Shown one piece after another: positions 1 through 12,819 of a DNA stretch of 64,000 bases. The translations under genes were made by a program, and so were the position numbers. Positions within the stretch are counted from its first letter, which is position 1. Every line of letters starts with the position of its first letter. The notes under the pieces are model-generated. The model was not told the DNA's origin. It made no database searches and was given only the letters and a program-made list of their open reading frames with translations. The stretch lies in the NCBI GenBank assembly GCA_907165135.1, contig OU015566.1, positions 10,168,001 to 10,232,000 on the forward strand, given 5' to 3'. The DNA comes from Oikopleura dioica (Eukaryota > Animalia > Chordata).

Positions 1-368
1 CTCTATCTGTCATCCCTTTTTTCGCTTATTAATTATTTCTTTCTGTACATTTTTCTTTAATTTTGATCTTTTATTTTATTTTTGATTTTTGGGAATTTTT
101 TCCAAGCTTTTTCTTTTCGGCGCAAGGGATTATTCGTCAAATCCTGGAGTGGTGACGCAGCTCAAAAATGAAGCAAATCAATTGTCGCCCGCCTGGGACC
201 ATTTTTGACTTTTCGGCCCTTTTTCCCTCATTGTTGACACAACATCCAAACATAATTAGATAGACATGTTAATTTTATAAATAATGACAGTTGAACCAGA
301 AAAAGGCTGGCTGTTCTTTTCAACTTTCTTCAGCTTTTGAACTGACCATTTTTCGTTTTTAGAAGAGA

Positions 369-1726
369 ATGCAGCACGACGAATTGATCTGGTCGAATAT
401 TGGAAACAAAGTAAATTTAAAGATATATGATTCACATGAGAACGTCTCTTTCAGAATTTTTGTGCGTTCAAAGCGTCTGCAAGAACCCAAGGGACGTCCA
501 AGTTCTGTAGAAATGAATACAATCTTACTGGTAAGCTATTTTAGGGCATTTTTCTAAAGATAAAATGGGCCTTTTTGTTCTTATTCTCCCCCAAATGAAC
601 CCATACGATATTTTTCGACGAGTGGAATTTCCTTTTTCGACGTATTTTGTCAAAATTCTTGTCGACTTTTTATAGACTTGATCTTTAACTTTATTGTTTT
701 TCACTCCTCCTGAGCGATTTTTGTTTCTAGGTATCTGCGCCCGACAGACCTGTCCTTTGGCGAACAGCCAGTACGCAACGATCAAGGAAGAGAATGGCGT
801 CTGCTATCTTTACCAGAAGACGATTGAGGTAATTTTGTTGCGGTGGACCGATTGAACGGGATTCTAGCGCGCCGCGTTTCCAGCCAGATTGTGGGAGAAG
901 ACCAAATTGAGCCGCAACTACAAAACAGGTACAGACGAACCGACCCCTAACCTCGGCCTTGTTGGACCAGTTATGTATATAATCAATTGTTTCATATTCG
1001 ACCCACATTTATCTGGAAAATTCTAGCGCTCGAGCAAATCGACGAAAAGCTAATCTACTGGCCTTGGTTCTTGCGCCACAAGTGCAAGCAGCGATTCACG
1101 AAAATCTTTCAATACCTGATCCGAATGCGAAAACTGGTGTTGAAGGGAGACAAGGAAATCGTACCGCTAAGTCGGAAACAAGAGAAGAGAGACACGAGGT
1201 TATTGCTGAGCACGATCCTCATTTACAGCTCCCCTTTGGGAGTTTTGACTTTTTATCACACAGATGATTTTCAATTTTTTAAATAAACAATTCAGACGAG
1301 AGAAGAAAGCGCTGGTTGCAGCTCAGCTCGAGACTGCAATCGAAAAGGAACTGCTTGATCGACTGAAGAAAGGAACGTACAACGATATTTACAACTTCAA
1401 CAATGCCAGCTTCGATAAAATATTGAAAGAAGGCGAAGAGAAAGAAGATGAAGACGAGAGCGAGGACGATTCAGACGTCGGCGAGACGACTTTTGTTGAA
1501 GACTTTTCCGACTTTGAAAGTGTTAGTAAATGAGTATTGTTTTCCAACAAACTTAGAATATTTTCCTTACTGTTGAATTCAGGACGAAGAGCAAGATATT
1601 GAAGATTTGGAGCTAGAGCAAGAAACAGAAATCGAAGCACCAGCCAGAAAACGAAAGCATTTGAAGATCATGAAGGAGAAAGAAATCGAATTAGCTGGAC
1701 CAAGCAAGAGAAAACTCAAAAATTGA
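369..1726 (+). CDS. MAK16: MAK16 ribosome biogenesis protein (multi-exon)
   Basis: Spliced exons read [108 protein letters not shown], then an acidic tail. This matches the MAK16 family. GT-AG introns keep frame; stop TGA at 1724-1726. Confidence 0.95.
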
Positions 1727-1812
1727 CTGTGAAAAGACTGAAAGATTGTGGACTACTTTTTTGATCATTTAATCATGAACAAGCCATCTTAGAGGAAAAA
1801 ATTGAACGGAAA

Positions 1813-1823
1813 TTTTTATTTAG
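1813..1823 (+). promoter_or_regulatory. putative trans-splice acceptor before p38 ATG
   Basis: TTTTTATTTAG lies 5 nt upstream of ATG 1829 and only ~100 nt after the MAK16 stop. Similar AGs occur at 4455-4457 and 6133-6138. Confidence 0.5.
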
Positions 1824-1828
1824 AAAAA

Positions 1829-3920
<2,092 letters not shown>

Positions 3921-4475
3921 GCACGCAGAGAATAGACTTCCTACAGTTGCTCCTATTTTCTTTTTATGCAATTTCAGATCAGGTCTCAGGTAATTTTTGT
4001 TTGTCTTCCTTTTTAGTTTTCAGTTCCCAGACCTGATTGTACCTTGTCTTTATTTTCCATGTAAATAACTATTAGTTCCTACTACAACTATTATTGATAA
4101 TCAAATTCAGTTCTGCCTTGAAAAATTGAGTAATTCAGTTTTATGATCTTATCATTTTGCTTCTATCTTTATTTATGAAACAATCTTCACTTCACCTGAA
4201 TACATGCATTGTGAGCTTTTTATTTATACACATTACTTATCCACTTTGATTCTGCAAAAAGTACCCTCCCCGAACCTGGAGCCTGAAATCCTTCTTTTTT
4301 CAACTTCTCAAAAAGATTACCTCTATTATCCTATTAACATAGTAGGATCATTCATTTGGCTTCCGTTTTTTTTTCTTTTCTGTTTGTCCTTATTTTTCGA
4401 ATTTTGAGCGTAAATTCTGAAATTCTTCTTTTTAAATTTACTCCTTGTTGTTTTCAGAGAGATATAAACTTGCTG

Positions 4476-5934
4476 ATGGAGCTGGATCTCAATCAGGTTC
4501 AAGAAGCTCTCAAATTAGACAATAATGATGAGGATGCCTCGATGAGTGCCTACGAGACCCACCATGTGAAATACGGCCTGTGGACAGTGCCACAGAGATA
4601 CCGCGATTTAAAACAGCTCGGCTGTGGGGCTTACGCGCAAGTCTGCTCGGCTTTCGACCGGAAATACAACAAAGTAAGCATCAGACTGTAAGCTTACGAT
4701 GTCGAGCATTGATTTATTAGTGTGTGGCGATGAAAAAGCTGACAAGGCCATTGAAAACGGTTGATTATGCCCGCAGAGCCCTACGAGAGCTGAAATTAAT
4801 GAAGCACTTTTGCCATGAGAATATAATTTCAATAATTGATGTCTTTACGCCACTTGCTTATGGACCAGAAGACATGGAAGAGGAAAGGTCCTTATTTATA
4901 TTTTTACAAAAAATGATACGAAAAGATTCAAGTTTGAGTTTCAGGAGCTAATTGCCTCATTCAAATTAATAATTTTCTCCAGGATTTTAATTGAAATAAA
5001 AAATGACCCAATCAAAGATATACTTCGTGGTGAAAAAAGCCGACGGAACCCTGGACCAAGCGATCAAAACTGCAAATCAAAACAACACAAAGTTCGACGA
5101 GGAAACGATACAGTTCCTAGTTTACCAAATGGTGCGCGCTCTGAAGCATATCCACTCAGCCAATGTCATGCATCGTGACTTGAAACCGGACAATATTGGT
5201 GTGTTAGAGAAGGACGGCATAATTCAGATTCTCGATTTTGGGTAACCGCTTTGTATGAATTTTAGATTTGGATCCTTTCAGATTGGCGCGCCATGTAGAT
5301 GATTATATGTCCGGCTATGTGATGGCTAGGTGGTACAGAGCACCAGAGATAATCCTGAGATGGATGCGCTACAACGAAAAAGCGGACATCTGGAGCCTCG
5401 CATGCATCTTCTCGGAGATGATGACCGGCAAACCGCTCTTTCCGGTCGACTGTTGGCAAAAGCTCTTAGATGAGATAATAAACCTGTGTGGGACGCCGAA
5501 CGATAAGTTTATTGACAAAATAGAAGGCGAAAATATAAGGAAATGCATTCGTGGCTTCACAAAAGTAGAGAAGAAGGATTTAAGAATCATACACACTGGT
5601 TTCTCCGACCAAGTAAGCCCCCCCTTTGAAGCCCGTTTTTCTATTCATGTTCTTTCAGGCAATAGACTTGATCGAGAAAATGTTGAAAATTGACCCCGAC
5701 GAACGAATTTCTGTAGAAGAAGCAATCAAGCACCCGTTCTTTGGGGACCTGCGCGATCCACCAAACGAGCCCACCGCCACTCCCTTCGTAGACAATTCAG
5801 AAGGCCACAATCTTACCATCGCTGATCTTCGCAATCAAATCTGGACGGAAATCCACACCTTTGAACCTCGACCTCTTCAAAGCATTTACCCCGAAGATTT
5901 CTACTCATCCGATGACGAGGAAATAGAACAATAA
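4476..5934 (+). CDS. divergent p38-like MAP kinase with SGY activation motif (5 exons)
   Basis: [67 protein letters not shown]. Shares three intron positions with the upstream p38 (subdomain I/II boundary, inside DFG, before AIDL). Confidence 0.88.
4883..5017 (+). other. non-canonical GA-AG intron in p38-like gene
   Basis: GAG|GAAAGG...AAG|ATA TAC is the junction that joins ..PEDMEE to IYFVV in frame. The nearby GT at 4888 gives no in-frame join. Confidence 0.75.
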
Positions 5935-6139
5935 CATCAAGAAATCGACGGATCCCTTTCGCAACGTTTGAAAATTTTCAATATTTCGCTCAATTTTTAA
6001 CTGATACGATGATTCTTTATTATTATACTTACTTTTAATCGTGTAATTTATTACCTTAAGATAGCTACTGTGAAATTATTCCGAACCTAACAGATAACGA
6101 GCCACATATGAGGGAGGTTGTAATATATGACGCTTTAGA

Positions 6140-9100
6140 ATGCCGGTGAAAAGGGATGACGCCGAGGCTGCTCTGGCAATCCTGAACCGGCTTCAGACTG
6201 AATCTGAAAAGGGTAAACATCTGGATTCGTCCTGTCTTTCTTCAATTACGTTTCAGACTCTCCTGTAGCACTAGCTGCTACTCGTGTTGCAAATATCTTC
6301 CAGTCACGCCTTTACAATGCCTTGCTAGATATTCAGGAGTACTACGAACTCCATCTGAACAACAAAGACACCCCACAACAGGTAGTTATCTCCCCATCGC
6401 TCGTTCAGGCAATTTTTCAGGACCCCGAATTCGACATCTTCAGAATAACGCTGGAAAAGAGCGAATCTGGCTTAGGATTTTCTATTACAGGCGGTATCGA
6501 CTCTCCAGTTGACACTGGCGACATTCATATTTATATTTCTAAAATCATTCCCGGCGGAGCTGCTGAACAACGTAAGTACCGCTTCCTCAATTGTACGGTA
6601 GCGCTAATCCACTTTATTTAGAAGGACAACTAAGACCTGGCGATGCTGTGCTGGCTATCAACAACATTGATTGCCGTACGGTTACTCACGGAACATGTGT
6701 TGGTGAGTAAATACAACCGCTTTTTGAAGTGGTGCTATTTTTACATCTCGCCAATTAGGCAACATCTTACGCCCCGTATTTATCCAATTTTAGACATTCT
6801 ACGGAGCTCAGGATCATCAGTAGAACTTTCAATCGGCCGCAGAAGGCCACAACTAAGCTCAACTCTGCTCCCCAAACCAGAGCTCCTTCAATCGTCCTCT
6901 GAGAACATCCTGGCAAGCTCAAACTCAACGATTAACGATGCTACGACGGAGCTGATAACAGTCAAGCTCCAAAGAGCAAGACAGGCCTTGGCTTCTCGAT
7001 CGCTGGCGGCGTGGGAAACCAACATATCGAAGGAAATGACGGGATTTTCATCACCAAGATCATCCCCGGCGGCGCTGCCGCTCAAGAAGGCAGGCTGCAA
7101 GCGGGCGATCGAATTATGTTCGTAGGAAAGGTCAGAAAATTTAGACGAGACATACAGAGGGACATTTTTTATATGCACCGCTGTCTTTCAAAGTTTTTTG
7201 GTAAATGAATGATAATTGATTTATTGCACAAGAAAAATTGCACGAAAATATTGCACATATGGAGTAAAGCATTGCATCTTGGTTTGATTGCACATGTTCT
7301 TTCTTCATTAGTATTGCACTTCAAAATTACGGAAATTCAATAACTGCACTATAATTGATATTGCACATTTAATTTTCTTAAAAGGCTCTAAGCACGAGTA
7401 ATTATTTTATAGAATATGTCACTAGTCACGCTTATGATCCTTCCCTGATGCATCATTATCAACGGGCACAGAGATAGAAGATCTTTTCAGTCGAATGATC
7501 CAACATTTCGCGAAAGCCAGAGGACTCATCAACTCGGAGCATTCTGAATAAAATAAACATTACATTAACTGAAAGCTCTCTTTTCTTAATGATCTGCATT
7601 CCGATTTGCCTGGGTAAGGGCAAAAAGTGCCACGTGGCATTGTCGAGAGGAGGAAGTCGAAAACACGGTCTAGAATGATTCATAAATTCTGACCTCGATA
7701 AAGACAACAATTCGCTAGCGCGTGTCTCTCACGAACAAGCGGTTGCCTTTCTGACCAATACCGGACCAACGGTTTTGATCAAACTTATCAGGGAAACACC
7801 CGTACAAGTCGAATCCTCAGACGATCACGTTCTTCCAAGTGCTACCTCAAGTTCCATCTCGTTGACGGAAAACCTCGCCTCGAGTAAAGGGAACATTCTC
7901 GACGTTTCGCGAGTGTCCGACTTTGGAATCCCTGCTGGATCAGCTGCTGATTCCGCAATCAAACATGGCTGTGCCGTCTATGACGGAACACAGGGTAGAA
8001 ATCACATGCCCAGAACAGGTAAAAATCTCGCAAAACGCGAAAATTTTTCATCTGGCAATCATCGATCCTGAAAAGGAGGCTATCAAGTGCGCTTCTTTGA
8101 TATTTTTAAGTGACACTAAAACGAGGAAAAAGTGGTTTTGGCTTCAACATCGTCGGCGGAGAAGCGGAAATCGATCCCGAGTGGAACGACTCTCCACCAG
8201 GAATCTTTGTTTCTTTTGGTAAGAGCGCGATGTTTTGTTGTATCGGCCGTGTCAACTTTTGTTTCAGTCCTCGCAGGAGGTCCAGCTGACAGCTCCAAGT
8301 CGTTACAAAAGGGAGATCGAATTCTCACGGTCAACAGTAACAGCATAGAATACGCGTCGCATCAGGAAGCTGCACTTATTCTGCGCAATTCTGGTGATAC
8401 TGTGGAACTTGTTGTTCAACATGAGGTAAAGATCTCTTTCTAAAGCAAGACTCGAATTAATTAAAGCAAAAGAAGGTCGCATTCCATTTTGTAGCTCCAG
8501 AAAGCCTAACCCTAACTCTCCGAATGAATATCTATTTATGTCTTTTTCAAGCCCGAGAACTTCGCTAAATTCGAGCACCGAATGCATGACTTGAGGCAAC
8601 AGATGCTGAGCGCCAGTATAGGCGGAGGGCTACAGACTTCCTCGAAGAAAGAAATGACAGTGCGCGCATTGTTCGACTACACAGCTGTTCGCGACTCTGG
8701 GCTGCCTTCCAAAGGGCTCAGCTTTCGCTTCGGAGATATTATCCATGTCACGAATGCGTCTGACAAAGAGTGGTGGCAGGCAAAGTGAGTATAACTATGG
8801 CAGCAAGACCACTACAGTCAGCATTTTCTTTTGAACCTATTGAGATTTTCAAGGAAGCAATAAAACAACGTTAACAATTTCCCTTCAGTCTGATGGGAAA
8901 GCCAGCTGAGCAGGGCTGTATACCGTCAAAGGCGCGCGTTGAAAGAAAAGAAAAACTACGAATGAAGCAAGTCAAATTTCGTCGCCCAGGTCAGCCAAAC
9001 GGCGAAGTTAGAAAAAGTCGCGGCCGGCTGAATGTTCGAGTCAATGCTCTTTCCTCGAAGTTGAATCTGATGAAGTCAAAGGAGAACATCTGTAGGGAGG

Positions 9101-10246
9101 AAACTCACAGCAGTTCTAGCGATGATGAATTCGAAATGGGCGATGACTGGGTCCTATCATATGAGCCGGTGAAGCAAGTTGAAGTTGAATATCCAAGGCC
9201 AATCGTGATCTTTGGCCCGTTGAAGGAAAAAATGTCCGACGAGCTAATAAAGCTTGACGCATCGAAATACCAACAAGGTTTTTATTTTTTATCAAATGGG
9301 ATTATGGGAATTATCCAAATTTTAGCGATTCCGCATACGACCCGTCCAAAACGAAATTGCGAAGTGGAAGGTCGAGATTACTACTTTATCTCAAAAGCAG
9401 ATATGACCACTCAAATCGAGAACCGCGAATTCATCGAGGCTGGTCAATTCAGCGATAACCTCTACGGAACGAGTATAAAGGCCGTGATGGATGTTGCTCA
9501 AACGAATAAGCACTGTATCTTGGATGTTTCCGGTATGTAACATGCTATATTGATCCTTGCTTGAGAAAACGTCGTAAACATGAAATTAGGCGGCGCTTTG
9601 CGGCGGCTCTCCGATGCACAACTTCCGGCAATTGCAATCTACATCAAACCACGCTCTGTTGAAACTTTAATGGAGTCTAACAAAAGATTATCCGAACAGG
9701 CGGCGCTTCAAATAATCCAACAGTGTCAGCGACTCGAAGCGGATTACGCCGAACAATTCACTGCCGTGATTCAAGCCGAAGGTAATCGTTTGCCCTTCAG
9801 AAGCGTTCGGATTTCCGTAATGATAACCCAAGGGATCAGTCTGTCGAACGTGGCTCTAGAACTCTGATAAACTCTCGTAATTTCCGAATTTGATGAAAAA
9901 TTTTTGATTAATTCGGTTTATTCGGAAGCTATAAGCTTTTGAGATTAATAAGGGTACCCTCTTAAAATGAACGATATAAGGGCTAGCCTGCTGAGGTCAT
10001 TAATTATGAGCTCGCTCGATATTCTGTAACCCCTCATTGAGAATCTCTTTTACTAAGCCGGGGTGCTAAGCGCCCATCGAGTTAACACGAGAACGCGAAT
10101 TTACAGTATTGAAAGAAACTGTCGTTGAATGCTGCTGATAATGCTCAATTTTAGACGGAGAAGAGCACGTTCGCGAGCAGGTGCTCGAAATCGTCGAATC
10201 CTTGAGCGGTACCTCGCACTGGCTGCCGACAGGCGATAAGCTCTGA
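6140..10246 (+). CDS. DLG1: Discs large 1 / SAP97 MAGUK (L27, 3 PDZ, SH3, HOOK, GK)
   Basis: L27 start [35 protein letters not shown]; [35 protein letters not shown]; SH3 [26 protein letters not shown]; [22 protein letters not shown]; C-terminus HWLPTGDKL*. One apparent 1-nt deletion near 6976. Confidence 0.95.
7126..7703 (+). other. non-canonical GA-AG intron in DLG1 PDZ2
   Basis: GTA G|GAAAGG...AAAG|AC AAC gives [20 protein letters not shown], the expected PDZ continuation. The GT at 7122 is in the wrong phase. Confidence 0.75.
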
Positions 10247-12819
10247 CCCTCTGCTGCGTACTAAGAAAACTTTTAATTTGAACAGCAAAAATCTAAACTC
10301 TATCATTGCCTTCCAATGCCTCTTAATTCTCTACTTCCACATACTTCCTTAATCCTCGTTTTTAAACAAGCTGTACATATGTTTATTTTCTTCTTCGTTC
10401 TTTCAATGATTTCAAACCTAGTTTACTAAGAATCGCAATATCAAAAAGAAAACTTCGTTCCAACTTCTATCGCTCGAGTTCAACTTGTATCTTTTACTTT
10501 TGACCTATTGAAAAATCCGGACGCCCAAAACAAGAATCAATTTATACCATATCAACGATCAAATAAAACTCTTATCAAAACGAGCTTATATTTCCAAAAC
10601 GAAAGCTCATCAGGCCGACCACTCTGACGTTATTCCTTTTTCTAGTAGGAAATTCTACAGTAGCACTAAACTTCAGAAAAGAGAAGGTCCTGGAGCAAGG
10701 TGTCTTTGTTGAGCGCCTCTCTTGGGATTGAATTTATTTCTTTCTTGGCACGTTTTTGATCCTAGTCGAGACTCTTTTCAAGACTTCAAGTGCTCTCCAA
10801 AGCCGTATTGTTAACAGGGCTCAGAATACTACGAATGCAGGCAAACTGGCAACAGTTTTTTAAACTAGAACTATCTTGATGATCCTATTAGATACAAATT
10901 GTCGAAATCCTTAATCAAAATCCAAGCTTATTAGTAATAAGTTATTACCTTTCAAACAACAAAAAATACTGCAAGATGACTTCCGCACTGTACCTTGTAT
11001 CCCTCAAACATGACCAATGGGTTGGAAAAGAACCCTGCAACAAAATATAATCCTGACGATGCCGGTGATCATCCCCTTTTCACGCGAGAGTGATCCTTTC
11101 TCGCGGGAAATAAATATTCCCCGGGAACATCTGATCGTCACGGGCATCTGACGGTGCACCTGTCTATGTCTGGTGCAAGAAATATTTGTTTACGAGTGCT
11201 TCTTCTTTGTATAATTCGCAGGCGAGCTCACTAAAATCGTTTATTAGCAATTTTTGGCCTGGAAACAGGTGCATTTGTCATTTTGTGATTATCTGGGAAC
11301 GGATTCATTATCCGCGGGGCTCAGCAATATTCATAACTGTCAGCTAATTCATCTTCAAAATTACCGCAGCCTTTAGATTTTTAGGGCGTTAATTTGGCAA
11401 GTTATTTTGGCTTCGACGCTTTTTAGGAAAGTTTAAAATGTCCAATTACTGTAGCAAGATTGAAACTAAAGGAGCAAGTTATTGTGTTGAAGTTCCACTT
11501 TAAAAACTTGCCTAATGCTAGTGCCAACAAAGCGCCAATACGTTTTTTTGTGTTGTTATTGTTTGATGAAGAATCAAGCACAATGGGGTGCCTGACATTG
11601 TCAAACTACAGTCAGATTTGCACCCAGGATTTGAGCGCACTTCCAAGGCATTTTCCGCATGGGTGCCCTTTGACCTGTATCGAGGGCGATTTTACGCGAG
11701 ACTCGGATTTGATCTTGTTATTCCGAGATCTGGGTCGCGCGAGGGGCCGGGCTGAACCTGTTAGCCGATCGATGGTGCCGCTGATGAAGGGCCTAAGCCT
11801 ATTTGACTTCCGTTTGAAAAGCAAAGACGGTCGATATTCAACGGACATTCCGTATGGAGATCGAGAGATTTAAATATGCAATTATTTCGCCCCTTGTTTG
11901 AACCTCTTCAAAATTTGAAAAAGATCTTTCGTAGCTGATTTTTATGAGCGAAATCAAAATTTCGAATCCTATTGCATCCAAGAAATTGTCATAAAGTCGA
12001 TAAAATCAGTTTTTGAGTACCAAGAAATAAGTTAAAAATTATCGATTCTGCCAGACGCTGTCATTTAAATCTGTCGGTTGTGTTTTCACGGGGCAGAGTG
12101 CGAGACAATTGAACTCAAGAATTGGAGCTTGAATCACACAGCTCGAGTGTGTAGTGATTTTGGAAAGCTGGAGAACAGAGACCCTTGAACTTGACTGAGC
12201 AACAACAAAAAAGCTAACGAGAGCCCAGCATGTTGTAGCAGCATTAGCAGTCGTCGTTTCGGAGCGCCCTCTGGCGCCCGTTTGTTGCATTTGACGGTTT
12301 ACTACGTCGCCTGGTCTTCAAGGCAGCCTTTTCTTTGAATCTTCTGAAGTCGGTCTGTTCTAGTGGAAGTTTGATTGAGAGTAACAGACAGAGAAGAAGT
12401 GGCGCAACACTCGGCGCGCTAGGAGCAGCGGGCGCGTGGTTCAACGCGTTACACTTGGACGAAAAGGTTGAAGAGCGCGCGCGCACCACGCAAAAACTCA
12501 CAACAGTGAGCGCTACTGCCACTGCTTGAGATAGAGATTCGACGCCCTGCGGCTGCGCACGGAGCCTTATTGCACAAAACAGCGGTGACCTCCCCTCAAG
12601 TCAAAATTCGAATATCGCAGTCACTCCGAGTCACTCTATCATTGCGTCTTACCAAACCGAGTAGTGAATAGGCCCTGCCGAGCGATAAGGACCCCCACTA
12701 ATCGAGAAAGAGAGAAGACAACCCAGTGACAAAAACCCTAGACAAGAGACACGAAGAATAGAGATTTTCCTGAACGAAGACGCCCAGTACATTTCTGACG
12801 AAGACAGACCGGCACGAAA

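Noticed and set aside
11460-12529. ORFs 11460-11873, 12335-12529 and antisense partners upstream of the cadherin
   Set aside because: No recognisable motifs, no supporting exon chain and non-ATG starts. More likely cadherin upstream regulatory DNA.
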